Counted from the first letter of the stretch, positions 36,945 to 50,019 are shown. The stretch is 64,000 bases of DNA from Octopus sinensis (GCF_006345805.1 NC_043016.1:6572001-6636000), one strand, 5' to 3'. The notes: generated from the letters alone by a model not told the origin. Program-made: numbers and translations.

Positions 36945-37892
36945 TAGATTATGGCTGGGAGATAACAATATACACCAAGTAGCTGCCTTCATCTTTCACC
37001 ACAGCATCAAGACAATTCCAGAACCTGGCACATGCATTCTTCACAGTATTGCTGGAAAGATCTTCAAACACCTCCTTGATCTTAAGCACCATTTCAGCCT
37101 TAGTGGTATTGTAGGCAGACAAGCTGATGTCTTTCTCAGCCAAGTCCCACACACAGTAATCCATGGGGTCACAATCAGGTTAATCAGGAGGCAGAAATTG
37201 GGGCTGGTGATAACAATATACACCAAGTAGCTGCCTTCATCTCCCACCACAGCCACAGAAATTGAGGCTGGTGAAATTGTAAAAATTTTCTGACTACTTC
37301 TGTCTTTTCCAGGAAGCACAGCAAGGAACTAAATCCTGTTGCTACACATATGGCCTTCCAGCAACAACCCTCTCCAGTGAGGACTTGGACACATTCTCCA
37401 GCAGCTTCCCACAGCCACCTCAATTTCATTGATCAATTTCTGCATGTGGATGCTGTTACAATACATGCTGTGTCGTTTCCTGTTGGTGAAGCTGCTGGAG
37501 AATGTGTCCAAGTCCTCCCTGGATAGGGTTGTTGCTGGAAGGCCATATGTGTAGCAACAGGATTTAGTTCCTTGCTGTGCTTCCTGGAAAAGACAGAAGT
37601 AGTCAGAAAATTTTTACAATTTCACCAGCCTCAATTTCTGTGGCTGTGGTGGGAGATGAAGGCAGCTACTTGGTGTATATTGTTATCACCAGCCCCAATT
37701 TCTGCCTCCTGATTAACCTGATTGTGACCCCATGGATTACTGTGTGTGGGACTTGGCTGAGAAAGACATCAGCTTGTCTGCCTACAACACCACTAAGGCT
37801 GAGATGGCGCTTAAGATCAAGGAGGTGTTTGAAGATTTTTCCAGCAATACTGTGAAGAATGCATGTGCCAGGTTCTGGAATGTCTTGAGGCT
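36945..37892. mobile_element. Tc1/mariner (maT-like) transposase 3' fragment rearranged into a fold-back
   Basis: PDCDPMDYCVWDLAEKDI...AEMVLKIKEVFEDLSSNTVKNACARFWNCLDAVV (SPDLNP.D-type motif) on - and again on +; arms 37007-37408 and 37488-37888. Confidence 0.88.
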
Positions 37893-37929
37893 ATTGGTCT
37901 CATAATTATAAGTTAGTCTAGGATGGCTC

Positions 37930-38010
37930 GGTTACTGAAGAGGATTTGCCTGGTAAATTAAATTATTTTATTTTATTTACTAAAAAAATCCGAAACCTAT
38001 AAGTATAACC
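37930..38010 (+). ncRNA. Type I hammerhead ribozyme motif, catalytic core intact
   Basis: Stem I GGTTA/TAACC, CTGAAGA core, stem II GGATTT/AAATCC, GAAA, stem III C..G, predicted GUA cleavage after 38005. Confidence 0.75.
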
Positions 38011-39009
38011 ATAAAAACAAGGTAAAAGTTTTTATTTTTCATTCCCTACGAAATTGCTTAAATTTTTTGTGGTCTTCAGTTGTTTTGACTGTCTCCTAGT
38101 GTGTAGAAATTGCCTGTTACAGGTAATTTCTCTTTGTTTAAATGTACACAATTTCATATTGAATAATATGTCCTCTATTGACTTTTCATGCATGCTAGGC
38201 CACTGGTAGTAAATTTGCTAAAATTTAATACCCTATATAGATATATATATGTGTGTTGTGTATTTTTGTGTCAGTATTTGACACCCACCACCACTTAACA
38301 TCTGGTGTTGATGTGTTTGTGGTGGTGCCCCAGCATGGCCAAGGTGAAACACATAACAGAATAAAAGAATACATACACACACACAAACACACACACATAT
38401 ATACATAAATGGCAATTTCTGTTTGTTGATCTGACTGTTACCATCTTGCTACCTACACCAGTGAACCAATCTTGACAAAACTTTGCATACATGTTAAACT
38501 AACAAAACTAACATCCAGTTCTATTATAGGCAAATTGGATTTCAATAAAAATCTATAATGGGTCCCCTATGGGAGTTGGGCTATTATTTGATAAAATGAT
38601 AAGGGTGCAAGAATGTTAATCTGAGGGAAATATGGTGGCATAGTGAGTGTGGCTGATATCACAGAAGAGGAGAATAATGTTGTGTAAGCACAAATATGGA
38701 GTGGAAGTGGGATGGCAATGTTAATACAGCTGTAAGTCAGGGATATACACATGATGCTGTGTACATACTTTCATAAATACATAGATACATGCATACACAC
38801 ACAAATACACACTTGCACATACACATGAGTAACTTTTAAAATGCAGATGAAGGGAAAGGTAGGTGTGAGGTTTAAGGTGAGAGTGGGGTAGATGGCTTTT
38901 CTGCTGCCCTTCACAAGGAAACACTCACACACAGACACACACACATTCATACATTTTAAACTCAAGATTACCTGTGTGTATGTTTGTAAATGCGTGTATG
39001 TATGTATTT

Positions 39010-39057
<48 letters not shown>

Positions 39058-39454
39058 CGTCCTATAACTGTCTGTCTCTCTACTTTTGCAGGGTCTTCCC
39101 TGTTGCTGTCATATATTGTGAAATTTTAAAATTATGTCAAAATCTTAAAATTTGGTATATTGAAATAATTTTCCATGTTAAATCTGATTTTGTTATTTAT
39201 TTGTTCCAGAAAAATTGCAGAAAAATGTTACTGAGGTTTAAAGTTGAATCAATTTTATCTAATCAGAAAACAGGATTTGGAAGCTGGTATTTTCTGCATG
39301 ATAGCTGTCTATCACAAAATGAAAGCAAAATCATTACAAGGAAGAATGTTTTATTAAACAAAGGAAAGCAAAGCATTACAATAGCCAAAGTTGTAAAAAC
39401 TTCTGAAGTTTCAATAAATTTTAATAAATAAAGTCATGTGAAACGGTCAGACAT

Positions 39455-39796
39455 TCTTTTATTCTTTTACATGTTTCAGTCATTTGACTGTGGCCATGCT
39501 GGAGCACCGCCTTTAGTTGAGCAAATCAACCCCAGGACATGCTTTGTAAGCCTAGTACTTATTCTATTGGCTCCTTTTGCTGAATCGCTAAGTTACAGGG
39601 ATGTAAACACACCAGCATCGATTGTCAAGTGATGTTGGGCTTCTTTCAATTTCTGTCTACCAAATCCACTCACAAGGCTTTGGTCGCCCCAAGGCTACAG
39701 TAGAAGACACTTGCCCAAGGTGCCATGCAGTGGGACTGAACCTGGAACCATGTGGTTGGTAAGCAAGCTACCTACCACACAGCCACTCCTACACCT
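39455..39796 (-). mobile_element. SINE family B lacking the internal microsatellite segment
   Basis: Colinear with other family B copies except for a central deletion. Confidence 0.88.
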
Positions 39797-40231
39797 ATGT
39801 AAATAATTTAAAAAGGAACAAAATCTTCAACGAAGTTTTTTCACCAAAACTGGCACAAATCTCTCCTGATCAAGAGACATATTTGTTGGGGAAGGCATGG
39901 TCTGACATGGAATAAGCAAAAATTTATATAAGGCATTCTATTGTAAAAATTATCAGGCAATGATGGGTTATTCAGCTACTATACATGTGTGTGTGTGTGT
40001 GTGTGTATCTGTGTGTACAATCATATTTTGTGTTATCACTGTCTCTTTGCCTTGATTTTACACGATTGTTGAAAAATAATGTCACTGTCACATAAGCGGT
40101 ATCCATTGCTTCCTATCTTTCAAGACATGTCTGGGCATGAGGAAACATTATTACCTTGCACTGAGACATGAGAGAGCTGGCATCCAGATGTGAAGAGTGG
40201 TTGTTGAATGATAATGATGAAGATGACGCTG

Positions 40232-40274
<43 letters not shown>

Positions 40275-40288
40275 CATGCGTGCGTGAG

Positions 40289-40319
<31 letters not shown>

Positions 40320-40464
40320 ATGCGTGCGTGCGTGCGTGTGTGATTAATATGCCTGTTTCCCAGCCACATAGTCTCAGCTTCAACCTCACTGAGTTACACA
40401 TTAAACATCTCGATGACTAAACCATTTTTAGTGAATTTCATAAATGGAAACTGAAAGAAGCCTG

Positions 40465-40525
<61 letters not shown>

Positions 40526-40847
40526 ATCATCATCATTTAGTGATTGCTTTCCAAGCTGGCAGTTTGACTGGAATTAGTAAGCCAGAGAGTTTTTGCAGTT
40601 CCAGTCTGATTTTGGCATGGTTTCTCTGGCTGGCTACCCTTCCTAACACCAACCACCTCACAGAGTGTGCCACATGCCTTTCACATATCACTGGCAGGGG
40701 TGCCTTTTACCTGTCATTGTCACATATGCCTTTTAGATGTTACCAGCATTGTCCACAACTACAATCTCACTTGGCGTGATGAGTCTTCTCAAGCACAGCA
40801 TATCACCATATTCCCTTCCATATATTTGCAATAGAAATGTCTGTGTG

Positions 40848-40897
<50 letters not shown>

Positions 40898-40924
40898 TGT
40901 GTGTGTGCATGTGTGTTTGTATGA

Positions 40925-41100
40925 TCCTTATCATCATTATCGTTTAACGTCCGCTTTCCATGCAGGCATGGGTTGGATGGTTCGAGTGAGGACTGGCAAA
41001 CCAGGTGGCTGCACCAGGCTCCAATCTGATCTGGCAGAGTATCTACAGTTGGATCCCCTTCCTAAAGCCAACCACTCTGAGAGTGTAGTTGGTGCTTTTT
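40925..41100 (-). mobile_element. RTE-tail repeat (family C), 3' part
   Basis: CGTTTAACGTCCGCTTTCCATGC..GCATGGGTTGGA.. motif. Confidence 0.85.
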
Positions 41101-42081
41101 ATATTTCTATTTACCTGTCAATTAATTATAGAGGTAAAACTCTCTTATTTACATATAGAATGCATTACCTATCATATATGACAGTTAGTGTAAAGAAACC
41201 AAGGGATATAAGTCCAATAAGATAAAAAATATCTCTTTGAGAGATGGACATACTGAGAGAGATATGGACACAGAGAGTGAGAGAAAGAGAGAGATGGACA
41301 CACTGTGAGATGGAGATAAACTACCAATTATATCAATATATTATTTTTGTGATGCTAAAATTAAAGCTCCATATTGTCTGTGCTCTATATATATCAGTGG
41401 ATATAACTTTTCATGTCTACATTATTTGTTGGACAACTAATGAATGTAAATATAAAAGTGCTTGCTAGTTCATTAACTTGCAGTTTTAGTTATCAGGGAA
41501 TGAATTCACAATTCTCTACTGAGTACATTAGGAATACGTTATTCAATATGGCTTTCCTTTTTTCGGAACGCAAAGGAAAATTTAGCTGCTAATTCTAACA
41601 AATCAAGCATACCCCAGAGGAGCTCCTGCAGTGGTTTGGGACTGTATGCTATGGAAGAGATAGTAGTGACCATTGTCGTTATCATGACTGGTAGTAGTGA
41701 TAATCGTGGTGGTGGGACCAATGGTCATTGTGGCCATATGTAATGGTGGTCATGGTCGTGATTGTCTCCACGATGATGATGATTATGATCTTCATCATCA
41801 CTGTCACCACTGGTAGTAATGGTTATGATTTGTCTTTCTATCTTCATTCTTTCTTTTATCTTGTTTCAGTCATTAGACTGCGGCCATGCTGGGGCACTGC
41901 CTTGAAGAATTTTAGTCAAATAAATCGATCCCAATATTTTTTTACTTTTCAAGCCTGATACTTATTCTATCGATCTCTTTAACCAAAGTTACAGGGACAT
42001 AAACACACCAACACTAGTTATCAAGCAGTGGTAGAGGCCAAACACAGACACACACAGACATACACATATACATACATATCG

Positions 42082-42340
42082 CCTTGCTGGCACCTGTGCC
42101 AGTGGCATGTGTAAAAGATTTGAGTGAGGTCGTTGCCAGGACCGCCTGACTGGCCCCGTGCCGGTGGCACATAAAAGCACCCACTACACTCTCGAAGTGG
42201 TTGGCATTAGGAAGGGCATCCAGTTGTAGAAACTGCCAAATCAAGATTGGAGCCTGGTGCAGCCATCTGGTTCGCCAGCCCTCAGTCAAATCATCCAACC
42301 CATGCTAGCATGGAAAGCGGACGTTAAACGATGATGATGA
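42082..42340 (+). mobile_element. RTE-tail repeat (family C)
   Basis: Canonical tail with (GAT)n. Confidence 0.88.
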
Positions 42341-42354
42341 TATATATATATACC

Positions 42355-42641
42355 TGATCACGTGACCGACCAGGCTATCAGATGTTGCTACACATCACTG
42401 GTCACAATGCACTTCACATTGTTTTAGCCTTCAAATGACACCACCCCGCTTGCTAAACAAGCAGGCTAAACAAGCAGTTGTGGTGAAAGAGTACAGCAGA
42501 GATCACCCCCCCCCCCTGCCAGAGCCTAGTGGAGCTTGTGTTTTCACTGAATAAACACTCACAACGACCGGTCTGGGAATCGAAACCGTGATCCTACGAC
42601 CACGAGTCCGCTGCCCTAACCACTGGGTCATTGCACCTCCA
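42355..42641 (-). mobile_element. tRNA-derived SINE, family D (tRNA-Arg-like head)
   Basis: Reverse complement reads GGAGGTGCAATGACCCAGTGGTTAGGGCAGCGGACTCGTGGTCGTAGGATCACGGTTTCGATTCCC; its 3' half recurs on + at 12887-13002. Confidence 0.8.
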
Positions 42642-42660
42642 CATATATATATATATATAT

Positions 42661-42891
42661 ATTTCTTTACTACCCACAAGGGGCTAAACATAGAGGGGAC
42701 AAACAAGGACAGACAAAGGGATTAAGTCGATTAGATCGACCCCAGTGCGTAACTGGTACTTAATTTATCGACCCCGAAAGGATGAAAGGCAAAGTCGACC
42801 TCGGCGGAATTTGAACTCGGAACGTAACGACAGACGAAATACTGCTACGAATTTCGCCCGGTGTGCTAACGTTTCTGCCAGCTCGCCGCCT
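42661..42891 (-). mobile_element. SINE family A, little-diverged full-length copy
   Basis: Near-identical to 17408-17638 and 60412-60646. Confidence 0.92.
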
Positions 42892-43414
42892 AGTATATAT
42901 ATACACACACACACAACGGGCTTCTTTGAGTTTCCATTCACCAAATCCACTCACATGGTTTTGGTCAGCTCGGGGCTATAGTAGAAGACACTTGCCCAAG
43001 GTCTATTTTGTTTTGTTGCTTCTTTTATTCCTCTCTTTCATTTGTTTCCCAGTTTTTTCATCACTGTTGTTGTTGTTGTTGTCAATGTTCTTCTCATTGC
43101 TGTCCTTGTTTCCATTGTCACTGTTGTTGTCAGTCTTTGTCATTGTTGTTGTTCTTACTGTTGTTGCCGATGTTATTGTCACTATTGCTGCTGCTTGTGT
43201 TCATGTTGTCATTGTAATTCAAAAGGTAATTATAAGTTTATTATCAACTCATTAACCTATATCTGAAGCCAAACCATTATTCCTGTGTGTAATTACTTTA
43301 ATAATAAACATTTACAACATTTCGATAATGACTGCTTTGCACAAGAAATAAAGACACTTTATAACTAAGGCTACTTCTACTATTCATAGCAATTTATTAC
43401 CTATCACACATTAT

Positions 43415-43760
43415 GGCCAGAGAGAGGGAGAGGGGGGAGAGGGGGAGAGACAGACAGACAGGTAGGCAGGTATGCAGGCAAGCAAGTAGGCAGACAGGGA
43501 GGTAGAGAAAGAGACAAATGAGGAGACAGAGAGGAAGAGAGACAGAGAGACAGAGAAGAGAAAGAAACAGAGAAGGAGAGAGAGAGGAAGAGAGAGAGAG
43601 ACAGAGAAGAGAAAGAGACAGAAGGGGAGAGAAAGGGAGGGAGACAGGAAGAGAGAGAGAGAGAGAAAGTGCAGAGAAGAGAGAGACAGAGAAGAAGAGA
43701 GAAACAGAGAGGAAAAGAGAGAGAGGAAGAGAGAGAGAGAAAAGAGAGAGAGAGACATAG
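43415..43760. repeat. Degenerate (GA)n/(GACA)n polypurine tract
   Basis: Direct reading; source of the SL- and RE-rich ORFs. Confidence 0.95.
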
Positions 43761-44559
43761 AGATTGACAGGGTCTCAGTTCAGCCACCTGACCATCTAGA
43801 ATTAGCAGCCAAATCTTCCTGCAAATCTTCCCATCCAACTGACTTGATGAAAAGTTAAGATAGTGTTGAATAACGTAGCCCTTTGATATTACAAATAAAA
43901 AGTGGATGTCATGGGTGGAATGTTTATTTCCATATACCTGCTGGATCATGATTCAATTAACTTCTAAAGTCAAAGACGCACTTGGATTAGGACTGGCCTG
44001 AGATAAAACCACAACAGCCATCTTGTGTCATTTTATAAAATTCCTCTCAGGTCTTCTATCCATCAATCTTATCTCCTATTATATTACCTAAGCTAGCCTC
44101 ACCTGTGCTGTCCTACTTAAGACTTGGCTCCTACTATTTATGAATTCTCACCTTATTCTCATCCCACCACCATCTCCCAAAAGAATTTACTCTAAATACT
44201 ACCAGCCATGTGCTCCCACTACCCTAGATCTCAATATCTACTACTATTACCTTTCAGTACTAAAAATCAAGACAGGAGAGAGCCCCCATATGGCTATTTG
44301 ACCAGCTAGAAATGGCAACCAAATCCGTCTCCCATCACACTCTTTTTCTGTGATATGCAAACTGCTTTACTCACAATACATTTTTAGCCATATAAAAATA
44401 TGTTCTATACATTTTCTGCGTAAAGTAAAATCAATGAATTAAAAAGAAGAAACTATACATACATAAATACATACATACATACATACATACATACATCCAT
44501 CCATACATCCATCCATACATACACACACACATACATACATACATACATACATACATACA

Positions 44560-45182
44560 TAGGTGGTCTGATAAATAAGTATTTGAACTGTTGCCATAGT
44601 AATGAAGGTGCAGATTAAAACCACTTGACACAAATTGATCTTGTACTCTGCTGTGTCTGTGCACTAAGTTTTAATGTTCTAGCTCACTTCCACTGTTTAC
44701 AGCAGTGAATCGAAGGAACGTGTATAACGTGTGATAGTCGTATTGACCATGACAGAGAAAGTTGAGCAGATAATCTGCATCGAATTTTGCCAAAGGCTTG
44801 GCGACACCTGCTCAGCGGCCTGCGCAGAGTTTTCAAAAAAGTTTTCATCGTTCTCAACACAATCAAGGGGACCTTGTGCAAATGAAAAGTGTATGGAGAG
44901 GAGTTTATGAGCCGCACACAGGTGTGCAAGTGGTTCAGACGTTTCTAAGATGGCCGAAAAATGTCGATACTGATGAACATTCTAGGACGTCTGCAACCAG
45001 CAGAACTGAGAAAAACATTGCAGATGTGCGTGCAGCTGTGAGGGGAAATCATCGAATCACCATGCATGAGTTATTAGAAGATGTGCAGATTAGTTATGGT
45101 TCAGTTCAGTCCATTTTCACTGAAAATTTGGGTATGAGACGCATGTCTGCCAAGTTTGTGCCAAAACTGCTTTCAGCTGACC
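44560..45182 (+). mobile_element. Mariner transposon 5' half (TIR plus HTH region), pseudogenised
   Basis: MTEKVEQIICIEFCQRLG...MSRTQVCKWFRRF...TSRTEKNIADVRAAVRGNHRITMHELLEDVQISYGSVQSIFTENLGMRRMSAKFVPKLL (WVPHEL-equivalent motif). Confidence 0.9.
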
Positions 45183-45400
45183 CAATTTGCTAACTTATCT
45201 GATGGCGCGCAGGTCTTGATGAATGGTTGAATAACCAAATCCAAGCTTCTCTGTTAGTTCCTCAACAATTACGATGGGATTTTGTTCCACCAGAGTTTGC
45301 AGGACATCCTCGTCGAACTCTACTGATCTTCCAGGACAAGGCTCGTCTTCTAGGCACGGAATTTCTGGAACAACCGTTTGATACCTGCTTACGCCTATTG
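45177..45400 (-). mobile_element. Second mariner family fragment (Hsmar1/SETMAR-like HTH)
   Basis: LEDEPCPGRSVEFDEDVLQTLVEQNPIVIVEELTEKLGFGYSTIHQDLRAIR*VSKLG. Confidence 0.85.
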
Positions 45401-45413
45401 TCCAATCCCCAAA

Positions 45414-45608
45414 CATGGTCTGATCAATAAGTATCAGGACTGTTGCCAGAGTAGCGAAGCTAAAGCACACAGAGTGAAACTGCTTGGCACAGATTGACCT
45501 TGAACTCTGCTGTGCATTGCAACAAAGTTTTAACGTTCTAGCTCCCTTCAGCTGTTTACAGCAGTGCTTGGAAGGAAGGTGTATAACATGTGATCGTCGC
45601 ATTGACCA
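45414..45608 (+). mobile_element. Second 5' end of the 44560 mariner family, cut by a Gypsy LTR
   Basis: GGTCTGATCAATAAGTATCAGGACTG...GTCGCATTGACCA is colinear with 44565-44748. Confidence 0.85.
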
Positions 45609-45798
45609 TGATAGGAGGGAAGAAAGTATATATACGATGCACTACTATTACTATTACACGAGACTCAACGCTCCATATCAAAGGCCCACAGTGAACTGCT
45701 ACCAACTCGAACTGCCACTCGTTCACAGTTCTTTATTTTATAAAAGTGAGTCAATCCAGCTTTTAGTCACTTAAGTGGGTGGTCAAAATCCTTCCACA
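45609..45798 (-). mobile_element. 3' LTR (190 bp) of a Ty3/Gypsy element
   Basis: On -: polypurine tract GAAAAGGGGAGA (45799-45810) abuts TG..., and the LTR ends ...TATCA at 45609; contains AATAAA. Confidence 0.75.
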
Positions 45799-47820
45799 TC
45801 TCCCCTTTTCAGAATCTCCCTTTTGAGAATTGAACTCCACTCCGAGTTTTTATATCTCTTATGTTTAGGGTTCGATTCCAGTGTTTCCGTTCTTTTCCGT
45901 TTTCTGATGTTAGAACATGTAGTTTCAAGTTGTTTGGATGTTGATCCCTCATCGTGCCGTATAATACTTCCATAGGGATTTCATTTCTCGTAACTGATTT
46001 TTTTTTCGTGAATGTTTTCTTAAGCTGGTTAATATGTCTTTTGTATTTGACACTTTTTCCTTTTACCAGGAATATCATTATTCCCATTTGCTTCATTTTT
46101 TAAAAAAAATTTGTCCCTTAACTTACAGAGTTTTTAAAGTATTTTTGTTGTTCACCTTCTTTTATTTTCACTCGGTATCAGCTTAACAAAGACGGATCTG
46201 GCCTTTCTAGTAATCATCAATTCTGCCAGTGACATTCCTGACATTGTATTCGGAAAAGGTGTTACTCGGTATATTCTTAGAAATTGTTGGAGTGCAAAAT
46301 CGTCCATCACTTTATTGCTCGCCTTTTTCAACGCCCTCTTGAGAGTGTCAGCAAAACACTCCGCTTATCCATTTGACCTAAAACGATAGGGATGAATGGT
46401 GACGTGTTCGATGACGAACATTTTGCAAAATTTTCTGAACTTATCTAAAGTAAATTGGGTTCCGTTATCCAACACAATGGTATCTGGAATACTATACCTT
46501 GGCGAACAATTCATGTAAAAAGCTTATATCGGCTTTTTTACATTTATGCACTTTCAGCCACTTTGAAAAACTATCCACCACAACAAAGTAATATGAACCT
46601 TTATGTAGACCTACATAATCCATGGCCCATGGAACATGTTTTTTGCCACGGCAACCATTTAATAGTAGGTGATTTTGCAGCTAAGAACACTCTCTGCATG
46701 CTTTTACAGATTCTTCAATGTCACGGTCCACTGTTTTGCCAATATATGTAAATTCTCATTAACGATTTCATTCTCAAAATCCCCAAGTGACCCATATAAA
46801 ATTCCTTTAATAATCGCTTTTGTAGTGTAGCTGGCACTACGACCCTTTGTGCATACATTAACACATTGTCACACAAATAGAAATGGTCTGCATTTGTGTT
46901 GTGCTTTTAGCTGTCATTATGTCTTTCATTTTCATAATAAATTTACCGTTTTCTAATTTCAATTTTATGTCTTGTAAAGTAATTGGCAGTTCATGAATGA
47001 CATTACATAAAACATTTTTAATTTCATTTTCCGCTTGCAAAGAGGTAATCACAGTATCTTCAAGCAGTTCCACATTTTTCAAAATCAGTCTTGATCGACA
47101 ATCTGCATGACCTACTTTCTTGGATGGTATATACTCCGTCTTGAAATCATAGTTAAATAATATTGTACTTCAGTGTAGGAATTCCTTTTTGCAATTCTAA
47201 TATCGATAATAATGGACAAGGATCAGTCTGTTGACAAAAACGTCTTCCGCGCAAAAATCTGAAATTTTTTCACGACAAAAATGATCGCTAAATCGATTTA
47301 ACTATAATTTTTCCCTGCTGTTAGAAAACGTGAAGCATGGACCACCACCTTAATGTTACCATCATTATATTTATGTGGCATTACTGCTCCTATGCCGTAG
47401 TCAGAAGGATCTGAAGCAACAACAATCTCCGCTGCAGGATTGAAGTGTGCTGAGGACAAATCAGACATTAATATTTTTTTATTTAGTCGAACACCTTTTG
47501 GCAGTTTTCCGACCAATTCCATTTCATATCTTTCTTCAGCAGATTACTCAGTGGAACCCTCGCCTTATACATATAATTTTGGTAATAATTATCTATTTTC
47601 TTAATTGTTACTGGTCAACATGTCTTGAATCTGAGAACAATCTATCTCTTCGATTTTATTTGCGTCATGTCGTAGATTAATAATCCTTTGACATTCTTCT
47701 GCTACTGCCTGTACAGTTAAATTTTGTTCCTGTTCCAATTTTGTTAATATCCAAGAATGTATATCTGCATCTTTGTTTGCAGTAAGCCCTTGAACAAAAA
47801 TTAAAGACCTGAACATGACT
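45799..47820 (-). mobile_element. Ty3/Gypsy internal region, degraded (gag remnant, RNase H, integrase; protease and RT deleted)
   Basis: FRSLIFVQGL..(gag-like); HFNPAAEIVVASDPSDYGIGAV (RNase H); VVVPATLQKRIIKEF.MGHLG..RMKSLMR (Zn-binding); VPDTIVLDNGTQF...SNG.AE.F..TLKRAL (integrase core). Confidence 0.9.
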
Positions 47821-48494
47821 TTATTGAACATGTGATAAAGTCATGTTCAATACATGGCTCACACTTGATTTTATTGACCCTCAGAGGGACAAAAGACAAA
47901 GTTGGCCTAGGCAGGATTTGAACTCAGTATTTGAAAAACTGGAAGAAATACTTCAAAATAATGATTCTGTAATGATTCTGCCAATTCCCACCACATGCTT
48001 TTATCATCATCATCATCATCATCAGCTTTTATATCAATATTAAAAAAAAAAGGATTCTTTCATTTGGCAAAAATTGAAAGTTTTCCCACTTCTGATATTT
48101 CAGGCAGAAAATGTTTTCAGCTTCTAAAAAGAATACAATAAAGATTAACAGCTTTTCATTTGCAACAGCAATATGGTTTACAAGAATAATCGATTCTAAG
48201 GAAATGGTGAATGTTAAAATAGATGTTGACTCGTCCACAGAGGAAAACAAGACAAAGAGATTGATATCATATTTCCCCTTGTGAAGCTACAACCATTTAC
48301 ATTTACTCTAGCTGAAAAATCTTTTAAATCTTTACCACATGTTGTACCATAAAATAAACAAGCTGTTTCTATGGCCTTGCATGATATCATGGTTATGTAT
48401 TTTTATTTGCTTTGGTCTGCAAAACAAAAAAAAAAACATTTCAAATCAAGCCCACCTCCAAAATCATTTGCCAACACCTGTCATTTACCATCAC

Positions 48495-49045
48495 ATATGT
48501 GTGTGTGTGTGTGTGTGTATGTACACGAATACATACATACATACATACACACATGCATATATACATACATATACACATACATATTTACATACATACATGC
48601 ATATATACATACACACACATACATATATATATACACACACATACATACATATATACACACACATACATACATACATGCATACATACATATATATATGTAC
48701 ACATATATATATATACATGCATGCATAGATACATTCATTCATACATACATACATACATATATATACACACACATATATACACACATATACATACACACAT
48801 GCATACATACATATATACACACACTTACATACATACATACATACATACACACATACATACATACATACATACATACACACACATATACATAAATACATAC
48901 ATACATACATACACACACATACATACATACATACACACACATATACATACATACATACATACATACATACATACATACATACATACATACATACATACAT
49001 ACATACATACATACATACATACATACATGCATGCATGCATGCATA
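48495..49045. repeat. (ATAC)n/(AC)n microsatellite (~550 bp)
   Basis: Direct reading. Confidence 0.97.
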
Positions 49046-50019
49046 TTGATCCGATAGGGTTTGATTGAATAGATCAAGGCAGACCAATATGAAATATGTC
49101 CCTTGTCATACTTAAACAGTATGACACAAAGCAACAGATAAAACTATTCATTTAGTTTGTGGAGGGGCAGCAATGAAGGGAAGTTCATCTGTGTTTGGCA
49201 TTCCATAAATCTAATAGATTTCAAAATTAAATGGAATTTTAAGCCTGACTTAATATCATGATGACAAGGCAGAGATTTTATTGTGACGTAGCACAAGTTT
49301 TCAGGTTATATCGTAATATAAACAAGTAAGTAATATGCTATAATGTTGTAATCCATTAAATTAAGTATTTTAATACAGACTCGTTAGTTATATGTTTACT
49401 TACACAGCCTCAAATTACTACTTTCTCAACTACAGCAGATTTTATATTTCAATAAACTATAGCTACTAATGATGAAATTTAATAAGACTGAACTGTGTCA
49501 GGAGTTGTCTCCCTTACTTTGCAGAAATAACTTAACTAATACCAGTTTTAAATTTTGGCACAAGGCTAGCAATTTTAGGGGTGGTGCATAGTCGATTACA
49601 CTTAACTAACATTTATTTTATCAACTGTGAAGGACAAAGTCAAACTTAGCAGAATTTGAACTTAAAGCATAAAGCTAATGCTTCGTCCATGTTGCTTCCT
49701 TTTAATTTAAACTATATAAGACATTGACTAAAATCATCTTTTCCTCACTGCATAATTATTTAAGATTTGCTCTTTAATATTACCTACTTTAGATAAATTA
49801 ACACAAACATATCTAATTAAATACCTTAACATTTATATGAAGGATTAAACATTTTTGTACAACAAAGATAATTAATAACTAATTACATGTCAGCACAATT
49901 ATAACTAATTAAATATACTATAATCTGATACTTAAATATGTTAATTCAACATAATAAAGTATGTTAATACTAACATCACTAAATAAATTAATATCATGGC
50001 TAATTAAATATCATCATTA

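Noticed and set aside
42570-42641. Functional tRNA gene
   Set aside because: The tRNA-like head lacks a closed acceptor stem and continues into a SINE body; the same applies to family A and B heads.
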